Shown here: in pieces, positions 19,152 to 27,555 of the stretch | How positions within the stretch are numbered: the first letter of the stretch is position 1 | Layout: each line of letters begins with the position of its first letter | Assembly: GCA_026421185.1 (NCBI GenBank) | Contig: JAPKCH010000003.1 | Coordinates: 12,375-76,374 of the forward strand | Direction: 5' to 3' | DNA: 64,000 nucleotides | Origin: Dehalococcoidia bacterium | GTDB lineage: Bacteria; Chloroflexota; Dehalococcoidia; Lucifugimonadales; Lucifugimonadaceae | Program-made: the position numbers and the translations under genes | The notes under the pieces: generated by a model | Databases searched by the model: none | The model's input: the letters and a program-made list of their open reading frames with translations, nothing else | Told to the model about the DNA's origin: nothing

Positions 19152-20225
19152 CTAACTCGTAGTTACTTCACCATCTTGTGAAATATGCGAAACACCGTTA
19201 GTGCTCTCGTAAACGACAGCTCGAACCGTAGCCGATTTAGTTTCACCCGGCTTGAATACTATTGATGTTCGTTGATCCGATCCAGGTTCGGGGATGCCTG
19301 CACTCAAGCTTGTGAACGGCTCAAGCCCCACATTATAGGTTCTTCCGTAAAAGGGATAACCGGATCCACCTCCGAATACCTGCCAGTACCATAGGTACTT
19401 GAAAGGATCGACTGGATAGGCGAGACCAAACCCGACGCCGCGGTCAGGATTCGTGATGGCGTACCAGCCTTCTTTCTGGTTCTTGAAAACTGAGTAGTCC
19501 ATTAGTCGATCTGATTTCTGAGGGAAAGTGGTCAAATCGACTTCGTTACCCTCAGGATCCACTGCAGTCGGCCATTTCCCAACGTGCCCATCTTGAAGTC
19601 TATTGCCACCACGTTCAGGAACGAAGTGATCGGCTGGGGCCATATCTAGTCGACAGTTTGGTGTAACAAACGGATCTCCCAGTGCTACATGTTGTCCCCA
19701 TTGAGCCTCTGCCTCTTCTTCTGCCTGATTCGTCAAGGTATCGGTAACCGTCAAAACAGGACTATTTGCCTCCAATGTCACCACTTTCTCAATCCAAAAC
19801 GGCGTTCGAACAGTACGCACGCTGAATTTGGCACTTACTCGTTCTGGGGTATCTTCGAGAATCACGGTATCCCAAGGCATCAATGTGGCCTCAGTGTGTT
19901 GACCTAAATCGGCATTTGCGTACTTTTGAGGTGGTCCGCCAGTTGGAGCTATAGTCTGCCAACCGCCTATGTAAGCATCGTGCCAGATATTGTCGCCGTT
20001 GCCTGTCGGTGGAGTTGAGAGGCTCTGATTACGAACTGACCAAGGGGTTCTCCACATGAACTCAGTATCGGTCTTTTTATGAGTCAGCTCGAAGACGTCT
20101 GCACCCTTGTCGGAAATTATCGACACGCGCAAGAGTTCGTTTTCTAATACGACAGTTTTCAAACCTCGATAAGTCCATGAATCTGATATGCGACACCCAG
20201 TGGTTCGTTCATCTTGATAATGCAT
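19152..20225 (-). CDS. galactose-mutarotase-fold (DUF4432-like) protein, paralog of 15504-16595
   Basis: 357 aa. The N-terminal 32 aa are nearly identical to the paralog ('MHYQDERTTGCR[VI]SDSWTYRGLKTVVLENEL'). The two are colinear throughout ('GGWQT', 'FKYLWYW', 'GLEPxTS'). Confidence 0.5.
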   Translation of the reverse strand: MHYQDERTTGCRISDSWTYRGLKTVVLENELLRVSIISDKGADVFELTHKKTDTEFMWRTPWSVRNQSLSTPPTGNGDNIWHDAYIGGWQTIAPTGGPPQKYANADLGQHTEATLMPWDTVILEDTPERVSAKFSVRTVRTPFWIEKVVTLEANSPVLTVTDTLTNQAEEEAEAQWGQHVALGDPFVTPNCRLDMAPADHFVPERGGNRLQDGHVGKWPTAVDPEGNEVDLTTFPQKSDRLMDYSVFKNQKEGWYAITNPDRGVGFGLAYPVDPFKYLWYWQVFGGGSGYPFYGRTYNVGLEPFTSLSAGIPEPGSDQRTSIVFKPGETKSATVRAVVYESTNGVSHISQDGEVTTS

Positions 20226-20404
20226 TAGCGTTCAGGTTTATACCTATTAGAACTTGTGATGTAGTACAAATGAACCAGCTCTGAAAGATTGACAGATGTT
20301 CTGTTCTGTAATTTACCGTAACGTAAAGATTCTGTGCAAAGAATAACGAACTGTGGAAGAATCAGGGCAGTGAGTTTCACTCGAACGTATTAGCAAACTT
20401 TTGA

Positions 20405-20824
20405 ATGTTAATGAATTTTGCAGAGGTGACTAGGCTATTGGCTCGAATACTTGTCGTTGACGACAGCCCCGATCTAAGATCAGATTTGGCAACCATTCTT
20501 GAAGACGCTGGACTCGATGTTGTTGAAACTGAGGATGGTGATCAAGTATTTGGTATATCGGTCTCGGAATCTCACAATCTCGTTCTTCTCGACGTCATAA
20601 TGCCTCGAATCAATGTCTTCGACGCTCTTGTAACTCTGAAGGACGACACTCGCACATGTCCCATCCCCGTAATCATGGTCACCGCCAAAGGTTGGGCTGA
20701 AGAACTGGTAATGACTCATTCACTTGGCGGTGTTAAACACATCACGAATTCTTGCGTCGGCGGTAATGTAGAACTTCGGGTTGACTGTGCGCTCAGATCC
20801 GACCACGAACAGAAGAGCCGATAA
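20405..20824 (+). CDS. stand-alone response-regulator receiver (CheY-like)
   Basis: Acidic pocket 'ILVVDDSPD', phospho-acceptor 'LVLLDVIMP', and the T/K positions in 'VIMVTAKG'. No output domain. Confidence 0.8.
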   Translation: MLMNFAEVTRLLARILVVDDSPDLRSDLATILEDAGLDVVETEDGDQVFGISVSESHNLVLLDVIMPRINVFDALVTLKDDTRTCPIPVIMVTAKGWAEELVMTHSLGGVKHITNSCVGGNVELRVDCALRSDHEQKSR

Positions 20825-20848
20825 CCTGATCTCGCTAGTGAGCCGATT

Positions 20849-21727
20849 ATGACCAACACTGCGATTGTTCTCGTTTTAATTGCGGCATTAAGCCACGCTT
20901 CTTGGAATCTGCTCGTACGTCGCTCTCTAATTCCTGAACTTGCGAATTGGTTCATGGCGTTTCTTGGAGGAGTTATTGCCCTTCCGTTCGCTGTTTTCTA
21001 TCTGGTAACCACCCCACCGTCTGCAATCGGCTGGGTCTTCATTTCCGGCACAGTGATCCTCCACATCGGATACTTTTTTACACTTGGGCGCGCCTATAAA
21101 CACGGCGATATGTCGGTGGTTTACCCGATTGCTCGTGGTTTAGGTTTGGTGTTGATCCCAATATTCGGCGTACTAGTTCTGAATGAATCAGTATCAGCGG
21201 TCGCTGTACTAGGAATAGTTTCCATTTTTGCAGGAGTGATTATCGTTGGGGCTTCGTCACCGACAGGCCTCAAAATTTGGCTCCACCCAAAATCATTTAT
21301 TGCTGACCGTGGTGTGGCATTCGCAGTAATTACCGGGTTACTTATTGCAACCTATTCGAATTGGGACAAACGTGGCGTCGAATACGTCGCACCTTTGCTG
21401 TACATGTTCACGGTTCAGATAGGTGGCTCTCTCGGCATTCTTCCGATCCTTCGTCGTTCCTATTCGACTAACGATTTCACCGCCGAGTTCAAACGAGCTT
21501 GGAAGATTTCAGTGGCCGGCGGCGCATTACAGTTCACCTCGTACGGCTTAGTGCTAACTGCGTTCACACTTGCACCCGTCAGTTACGTCGGTCCGTTTCG
21601 TGAACTGGCAATAGTGTTTGGCGTATTGCTTGCTGCGCTAGTTTTGAAAGAGTCGGTTGGTAAAACGAGAATCGTTGGGGCTACGGCTATCGGAATAGGT
21701 GCAGTAACGGTGGCATTGGCTCCTTAG
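20849..21727 (+). CDS. EamA/DMT-family transporter
   Basis: 292 aa with about 10 predicted TM helices arranged as two EamA-like halves. Confidence 0.85.
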   Translation: MTNTAIVLVLIAALSHASWNLLVRRSLIPELANWFMAFLGGVIALPFAVFYLVTTPPSAIGWVFISGTVILHIGYFFTLGRAYKHGDMSVVYPIARGLGLVLIPIFGVLVLNESVSAVAVLGIVSIFAGVIIVGASSPTGLKIWLHPKSFIADRGVAFAVITGLLIATYSNWDKRGVEYVAPLLYMFTVQIGGSLGILPILRRSYSTNDFTAEFKRAWKISVAGGALQFTSYGLVLTAFTLAPVSYVGPFRELAIVFGVLLAALVLKESVGKTRIVGATAIGIGAVTVALAP

Positions 21728-21924
21728 AAGTCTAGTAACCACTGTAGATTGCCGCCCTTGACCTTCGCTCTGTACTCTTCCGACCAATGAGCCAATTGAG
21801 TGTCGACAATGGCTAGTGAACCACTTCCCCACACCATACGATCAGGTCCGAATGAATAAGCTACCCATCGACTGAAAGTAATCCAGCCTCTAATCACGTA
21901 ATTGAGAATAATAATCGCTGACAA
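21724..21924 (-). pseudogene. 3'-terminal remnant of an amidohydrolase_2 gene
   Basis: Only about 55 codons remain with homology-like signal. 'FGPDRMVWGSGS' compares with 'FGADRMMWGSDYP' in the intact paralog at 13594-14373, and the catalytic Asp is lost. The tail 'GGNLQWLLDF' fits the family C-terminus. There is no ATG and a stop lies 12 codons upstream. Confidence 0.35.
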
Positions 21925-22119
21925 ATTGACGCTAACGGTTATCGCCCATATTATTGTTTATTAGTTCTACTTCCTGAAGTGATTCAGATTCTCATTAAGA
22001 ATCCTTTAGGTTGTCGGTGAATCAACGAGCTTCGGATCAGAAGCTGCTGTTGTCACTCCCGGCCGGACTGCCGGAAGTGATGTATGCAACTCCTTCCGTT
22101 GAGAGGTCCAGTTTAGAAA

Positions 22120-23349
22120 TTGCCATACGTCCAGTCTCTGCGCTGTAAAGAGTGCGGTCGCGACTACCCACAAGAGCCGATCTATGTTTGCGACTTTTGC
22201 TTTGGTCCGTTGGAAGTCAATTACGACTACGACGCTATCGCCAAAAACATCAGCCGTGAATCTATTCAAGATGGTCCGTTGACTATCTGGCGATATGACG
22301 CGCTTTTGCCTGCCGATCGAGATAACGCTGTAAACATCGGTGCAGGAATGACCCCATTACTTAAAGCCGACAATCTCGGTAAAGTGCTGGGTTTGAATAA
22401 TCTTTGGATCAAAAACGACGCAGCTAATCCAACGCATTCGTTCAAGGATCGCGTTGTTTCAGTAGCTTCAACTAAAGCAGTCGAATTCGATTTCGACACG
22501 ATTGCTTGTGCTTCCACTGGAAACCTAGCAGGTGCTACGGCTGCTCACGGAGCCAAAGCAGGAATGAATACGATGGTATTCATTCCTGCCGATCTCGAAC
22601 GAGGTAAAATACTTGGAGCGGCAGTATTTGGTTCAGTCGTACTTGTCAACGGAAACTACGACGATGTAAACCGGTTGTGCTCCGAATTGGGTGACGACCG
22701 TCGATGGGCGTTCGTAAATATCAACATGCGCCCATACTACTCCGAAGGAAGTAAGTCGATCGGATACGAACTTGCTGAACAGCTTGGCTGGCATGCTCCA
22801 AAGCACATTATCGTGCCGGTTGCATCTGGTTCATTATTCACCAAGGTTCACAAAGGTCTTCAGGAATTTGCGCAGCTAGGTATTATCGAGAACGCCGATA
22901 CCAAAATGCACATCGCACAGCCGTTCGGATGTTCTCCGGTAGCTAAGGCGTTCATCGAAGGTCAAGCACACCCTAAACCAGTGATACCAAACACGATTGC
23001 TAAGTCTCTCGCTATTGGATCGCCAGCAGATGGCATGTACAGCGTTGGTATAGCAAACAAAACCGGTGGTTCAGCCACGATCGTTCCAGAGAGCGAAATT
23101 GCCGAAGGAATGAAGCTGCTTGCTGAAACTGAAGGTATCTTTACCGAGACGGCTGGCGGTGTTGTCATCTCGACGCTTCGACGGCTTGCACGTGAAGGCG
23201 TGATCGGTCCTGACGAAGAAACTGTTGCACTTATCACAGGTACCGGACTCAAAACACTTGAAGCTATTGCCGATTCGGTTGAAACTCTAACTATCGATCC
23301 GACTGTACGGTCCTTCGACGAAATAGTGACAGGAGCACCAGTTTTATAA
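22120..23349 (+). CDS. thrC: threonine-synthase-family PLP enzyme with N-terminal Cys4 zinc ribbon (ThrC or ThrC-like homocysteine synthase)
   Basis: TTG start. 'CKECGRDY...CDFCFGPL' ribbon. PLP-Lys motif 'NPTHSFKDRV'. Glycine loop 'ASTGNLAGATAAH'. 409 aa. Confidence 0.8.
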   Translation: MPYVQSLRCKECGRDYPQEPIYVCDFCFGPLEVNYDYDAIAKNISRESIQDGPLTIWRYDALLPADRDNAVNIGAGMTPLLKADNLGKVLGLNNLWIKNDAANPTHSFKDRVVSVASTKAVEFDFDTIACASTGNLAGATAAHGAKAGMNTMVFIPADLERGKILGAAVFGSVVLVNGNYDDVNRLCSELGDDRRWAFVNINMRPYYSEGSKSIGYELAEQLGWHAPKHIIVPVASGSLFTKVHKGLQEFAQLGIIENADTKMHIAQPFGCSPVAKAFIEGQAHPKPVIPNTIAKSLAIGSPADGMYSVGIANKTGGSATIVPESEIAEGMKLLAETEGIFTETAGGVVISTLRRLAREGVIGPDEETVALITGTGLKTLEAIADSVETLTIDPTVRSFDEIVTGAPVL

Positions 23350-23591
23350 TGCCTTTCCGAAGAGTTAAATTCACTTTCAAAACCGAGCGTATCCAGAGCC
23401 CAGTGATATATGACCTCGGACAGAAGTTCGATGTTGTAACCAATATACGACGTGCTGATATCGATGCCGATAATGGCTGGGTCATTCTCGAAATTGAAGG
23501 CGCAGTAGATGAGATTGAACGCGGTTTGGAGTGGGTGCGAGATCAAGGCTCGGACGTAAGTTCGTTAGATGGAGATATTCTTGCTGGCTAA
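23349..23591 (+). CDS. stand-alone NIL-domain protein
   Basis: 80 aa. 'VKFTFKTERIQSPVIYDLGQKFDVVTNIRRADID...GWVILEIEG' matches the NIL (MetN C-terminal) domain pattern. Its ATG overlaps the thrC TAA (TAATG). Confidence 0.75.
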   Translation: MPFRRVKFTFKTERIQSPVIYDLGQKFDVVTNIRRADIDADNGWVILEIEGAVDEIERGLEWVRDQGSDVSSLDGDILAG

Positions 23592-23727
23592 CGTATTAGT
23601 GTCGGCCTTATAGAAATTAACAAAATTTACTCGCAACGAATTTGAGTAAATAACAACTAACATATTTGTAGACATAATTTGAGTCTGATATTTCAAATCA
23701 GATAACTCACTAGAAACAGGAAATCTG

Positions 23728-24009
23728 ATGGCCGTAACAGTAAAAATCCCAACACCGCTCAGGAAACTGACCAATGGCGCTACAAGTGTCGATGCTGATG
23801 GTTCAACCATTGGTGAAGTCGTAGTAGCCCTTGAAGCAGCTTACCCTGGTATAAAAGAGCGATTAGTTGATGAATCTGGTGATCTTCGCCACTTCGTTAA
23901 CATCTACCTTAATGGTGAAGACGTCCGCTACTTGGATGGCCTAAATAGCGCTGTTGTTGACAAAGACGAGTTGAGTATCGTTCCTGCGGTTGCAGGCGGT
24001 ATCGCTTAG
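23728..24009 (+). CDS. MoaD/ThiS/CysO-family sulfur-carrier protein with GG followed by Ile-Ala
   Basis: 93 aa. The beta-grasp pattern 'VKIPTPLRKLT...', 'FVNIYLNGEDV' and 'DELSIVPAVAGGIA*' is CysO/MoaD-like. AGGAAA Shine-Dalgarno upstream. Confidence 0.8.
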   Translation: MAVTVKIPTPLRKLTNGATSVDADGSTIGEVVVALEAAYPGIKERLVDESGDLRHFVNIYLNGEDVRYLDGLNSAVVDKDELSIVPAVAGGIA

Positions 24010-24044
24010 GTCTCTTGCGGTCGCAGTGTTGGCTGTCTGAAATA

Positions 24045-24095
24045 TATAAATGCACCCTACTCAGTTTTACTGGGTAGGGTGCATTTATATTCTCT
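24045..24095 (+). terminator. rho-independent terminator after the sulfur-carrier gene
   Basis: Long stem TATAAATGCACCCTAC(TCAG) pairing with (CTGG)GTAGGGTGCATTTATA, followed by a T-rich ATTCTCT tail. Confidence 0.6.
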
Positions 24096-24109
24096 AAGAA
24101 ATTATCAAA

Positions 24110-24526
24110 ATGTTGCTTGCTTTCATCAATTCCCACAAAGCATAAATAGAGATGAACCTCGATACTCATAAACGAGTCATCCGAGAGGCTGCTGACGTTG
24201 ATTGTGAATTGGCTGTATTCCCTGAGATGTCGCTCACCGGATATCTCGACCCTGGCACACTGTCGTGTTCCATTCGTCAGCATCCGCTCTATATGCTCCT
24301 TGCAAGACAGATGATGGCGAAGTCGATTCGACTATTGGCGAACACCATGCACCTAAAAGCACGGTAGCCGAGGGAAAAAGTTGGGTTGAGTATCGCTCTC
24401 GCAACTCGGGCATATGCTACGGTCGATGAAGACTTGCCGGGCTGGTCTGCACTGTTCTGACCAGATGGAGAGATTGTTTCGGAATTGCCGTATTGGCGAG
24501 CAGGAAATCTGATCCTCGATATTTAG
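24110..24526 (+). pseudogene. decayed carbon-nitrogen hydrolase (nitrilase-superfamily) gene
   Basis: 'MLLAFINSHKA' is followed by an in-frame TAA at 24143, then 'MNLDTHKRVIREAADVDCELAVFPEMSLTGY', the typical CN-hydrolase N-terminus including the catalytic-Glu 'FPE'. After a frameshift comes 'DGEVDSTIGEHHAPK...GICYG'. A further frame gives the C-terminal-like 'PDGEIVSELPYWRAGNLILDI*'. The total length is about half that of an intact gene. Confidence 0.5.
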
Positions 24527-25629
24527 TCTAGGATGCTTTGGATCGCTTCTCGTACGAGTTCTTCAGGAACATCGCATCGTGTAGTCGCTTTACCGGGCCC
24601 TTCAAGCAGTACCCAACGAATAGTTCCTCCACGTGATTTCTTGTCGCTCTTCGTTGCTTCGATCATTTCGTTGACGTCTAGTCCGACTGCACGTGTTGGT
24701 AGAGCGTAGCTTTCGAGAACAGCGCGCTGTCTATTTAGTAGGTTTGTATCGATCATTCCGAGTTGCACGGCAATTTTGCCTGCAGCCATCATCCCAATGG
24801 CGACCGCCTCACCGTGTAAATAAGTTCCGTACCCAGAAACTTTTTCGATAGCGTGACCGATTGTGTGTCCATAGTTCAACAGAATCCGGTGATCACCGGT
24901 CTCAAACTCGTCAGCAGACACGATATCGCCCTTAATTGCGACGCTTTTACGAATGGCGTCGACTGGCTCATCACCCTCAAGAGCACGCATCTGCGGAGCA
25001 AGTCGTTCAAACGTATCCAGCAATTGAGCGTCCAGAATAATTCCGTGCTTAACTGCCTCAGCCCAGCCAGCAGACATCTCACGCGCTGGAAGTGAATCAA
25101 GATGCCCAACGTCTTGAAGGACAAGTTTCGGCTGGTGAAACGCTCCAAGTAGATTTTTTCCATTTGGAATATTTACGCCTGTTTTACCACCTATTGAAGA
25201 ATCAACCATGGCAGCCAGACTCGTTGGCACATGCACAACTGCTACGCCACGGAGCCATGTTGCAGCAGCAAATCCAACTAGATCACCGGTTACGCCGCCG
25301 CCCATCGCTACCACTATGTCGCCACGATCCGCTCGAAGTTCGGCGAGCCAATCGTAGACGAGTTGGACAGTCTCGAGATTTTTGTTTGATTCACCTATTT
25401 CTAGTGCCAATAAGTGAGTCGCGTATCCACCCCGTTCAAGAGCTTCTTGTGCTCGTCGTGTCGGATTAGGGAACATCACCTCATCTGCTACGAGGAACGC
25501 CCTGCCCTGTAAGCCGGTCTTTTTTAGCTCGAATCCGAGATCGTCGATAACGTCACGTCCGACTATCACCCGATAACTACCTTGAGTCGTGTTTACTATC
25601 GCCGCTAGATTTTGATCTTGGTCAGTCAT
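24523..25629 (-). CDS. aroB: 3-dehydroquinate synthase
   Basis: Motifs 'GGGVTGDLVGFAAATWLRG', 'SSIGGKTGVN', 'GAFHQP' and 'LNYGHTIGHAIE'. ATG 25629 ('MTDQDQ') lies 4 nt after the aroK stop and is preferred over the ORF-track start at 25668. Confidence 0.95.
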   Translation of the reverse strand: MTDQDQNLAAIVNTTQGSYRVIVGRDVIDDLGFELKKTGLQGRAFLVADEVMFPNPTRRAQEALERGGYATHLLALEIGESNKNLETVQLVYDWLAELRADRGDIVVAMGGGVTGDLVGFAAATWLRGVAVVHVPTSLAAMVDSSIGGKTGVNIPNGKNLLGAFHQPKLVLQDVGHLDSLPAREMSAGWAEAVKHGIILDAQLLDTFERLAPQMRALEGDEPVDAIRKSVAIKGDIVSADEFETGDHRILLNYGHTIGHAIEKVSGYGTYLHGEAVAIGMMAAGKIAVQLGMIDTNLLNRQRAVLESYALPTRAVGLDVNEMIEATKSDKKSRGGTIRWVLLEGPGKATTRCDVPEELVREAIQSILD

Positions 25630-25633
25630 TGGA

Positions 25634-26188
25634 TTAAGCCATCCCGCTGTCTTGCCATGCACGAGCAATGGCCTCGGCTACTTCATCATGAGATTTGCGT
25701 TCAGTATCGACGGCAACATTGGCGGTCGAGTAAGCTTCCTCCCGTTCATTGAGCATATTTCTAAGCTTCTCAATTGGTGCGTCACCGCCTAGCAATGGAC
25801 GAAGCGTTCGACCTCGCCTTAGAGCTGAACTAACCAGTCGTTGGTGGATGGTTTCAGGGCTGGCGCATAGTCGAATTACGAGACCGGATAATTTCATAAC
25901 CTTACGATTATCAGCCCGAATTGGAACTCCACCACCAGTAGATACTATGCGACCACCGCGACTGGCGACTTCTTCAAGTATTTGAGCTTCGAGATTACGA
26001 AAATATTCTTCGCCGTTTTCTTCGAAGATACGAGGGATCGATTTTCCTACACGATCTTCGATGACGCCGTCCATCTCGACAAAAGGCCAGCCAAGCAGTT
26101 CAGCGACGCGCCTTCCTGATCTCGTCTTCCCAGTGCCTGAGAGACCGATCAAGTAGATGTTGGGTTTAGGAACGCTGGCTTCAGTCAA
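25634..26188 (-). CDS. aroK: shikimate kinase
   Basis: TTG start. P-loop 'LIGLSGTGKT', 'FVEMD' and 'VSTGGG'. 184 aa. Confidence 0.9.
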   Translation of the reverse strand: MTEASVPKPNIYLIGLSGTGKTRSGRRVAELLGWPFVEMDGVIEDRVGKSIPRIFEENGEEYFRNLEAQILEEVASRGGRIVSTGGGVPIRADNRKVMKLSGLVIRLCASPETIHQRLVSSALRRGRTLRPLLGGDAPIEKLRNMLNEREEAYSTANVAVDTERKSHDEVAEAIARAWQDSGMA

Positions 26189-26223
26189 TGTTGATTGCTT
26201 CTGGAGATGATGACTGTCGTGAA

Positions 26224-27405
26224 CTAACTGTTGCCGAACGCTTGATGAGATTCGACGTACCCAGCGTAATTCCTCTTGATTTCACTAAGCGAATCGCCAC
26301 CAAATTTCTCAAGCATTGATTCGACTAGTACTAGCGCCATCATTGCTTCGCCAACTGGGCAAGCACGTGCCACTTGGCAAATGTCACTGCGATTGTATGC
26401 AGCATCAACTAACTCGCCTGTATTGATATCAACTGAAGGCAGAGGATTAGTCATCGTTGCGATCGGCTTAATTGCGACGTTTACAACGATCGGGTTACCG
26501 TTCGACATGCCTCCTTCGATTCCACCTGCATTGTTAGAAATTTGGCGAAATTTACGTGGATCAGACGCATCTGGTTCGATTACGTCTTGGACATCACGGC
26601 CTGGCTTCCGAGTGTTGTCGAATCCGGTTCCGATTTCGACACCCTTGACTGCATTGATGCTCATCATAGCGTGAGCTAACCGTGCGTCAAGCTTACGATC
26701 CCAATGCACGTGACTCCCGAGACCAACAGGTGGACCGAATGCTACGACTTCGAAAACTCCACCGATTGTGGTTCGTTCTTTTTTAGATTTATCTATAGCA
26801 GCTTTGAATCGAGCATCTGCATCGTCATCGGATGCTCGTACTTCAGATGCTTCAACAGCGTTCCAATCAACATCTTCAGTAGCAACCGAACTACCATCTT
26901 GATCCCCAGTTGAAATAGAACGGGAGTGGATCGAGATTCCGATCTCCTCAAGAAGTCGTCGGGCGATTGAACCAGCGGCAACTCGGGCGGCAGTTTCACG
27001 CGCGGAAGATCGCTCGAGCACGTTTCTAAGATCATGCTGAACGTATTTCAGCGCACCCGGAAAATCGGCGTGACCAGGGACTATTTTTGTGTAGACCTTC
27101 TTATCTACATCGTCGCCGACTTCTGAAATCGACATAGCGTCTGTCCAGTTGGCAAAATCCCGGTTCTCAATCCACATTGCTATAGGTGAACCAAGTGACA
27201 TTCCATGACGAACGCCTGAACGAATGTCGGCGCGATCCTTTTCGATCTTCATCCGACCGCCGGAACCGTAGCCCTTCTGGCGACGAGACATCTGCTTTTC
27301 GATGTACTCCTCGGTCACTTCGAGACCGGCAGGGATTCCCTCAACAATTACCGTGAGGCCAGGACCGTGTGATTCACCAGCTGTGAGGTATCGAAATGTC
27401 GTCAT
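26224..27405 (-). CDS. aroC: chorismate synthase
   Basis: Motifs 'LTAGESHG', 'RQKGYGSGGRMKIE' and 'RSSARETAARVAAG'. 393 aa. Confidence 0.95.
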   Translation of the reverse strand: MTTFRYLTAGESHGPGLTVIVEGIPAGLEVTEEYIEKQMSRRQKGYGSGGRMKIEKDRADIRSGVRHGMSLGSPIAMWIENRDFANWTDAMSISEVGDDVDKKVYTKIVPGHADFPGALKYVQHDLRNVLERSSARETAARVAAGSIARRLLEEIGISIHSRSISTGDQDGSSVATEDVDWNAVEASEVRASDDDADARFKAAIDKSKKERTTIGGVFEVVAFGPPVGLGSHVHWDRKLDARLAHAMMSINAVKGVEIGTGFDNTRKPGRDVQDVIEPDASDPRKFRQISNNAGGIEGGMSNGNPIVVNVAIKPIATMTNPLPSVDINTGELVDAAYNRSDICQVARACPVGEAMMALVLVESMLEKFGGDSLSEIKRNYAGYVESHQAFGNS

Positions 27406-27555
27406 TCGTGATTGTTCTCGTTGCTAATTCGTGAACGAATGTGAATACAGACGTTCGATAGTTACTTGTCCTAAGCTCATGTGCTATTCGTAACGATGGG
27501 CTTGGTGGTTTCGATTATAAGTAGTTGCCAGAAACTATTTCAAGCGGCAATCCGC

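Noticed and set aside
21925-22119. SAM riboswitch in the thrC leader
   Set aside because: Hairpins are present, but no SAM-I, SAM-II or SAM-V core motifs were recognised.
22962-23546. 194-aa minus-strand ORF antisense to thrC/NIL
   Set aside because: Shadow ORF opposite strongly supported coding sequence. Low-complexity Ser/Ile-rich translation.
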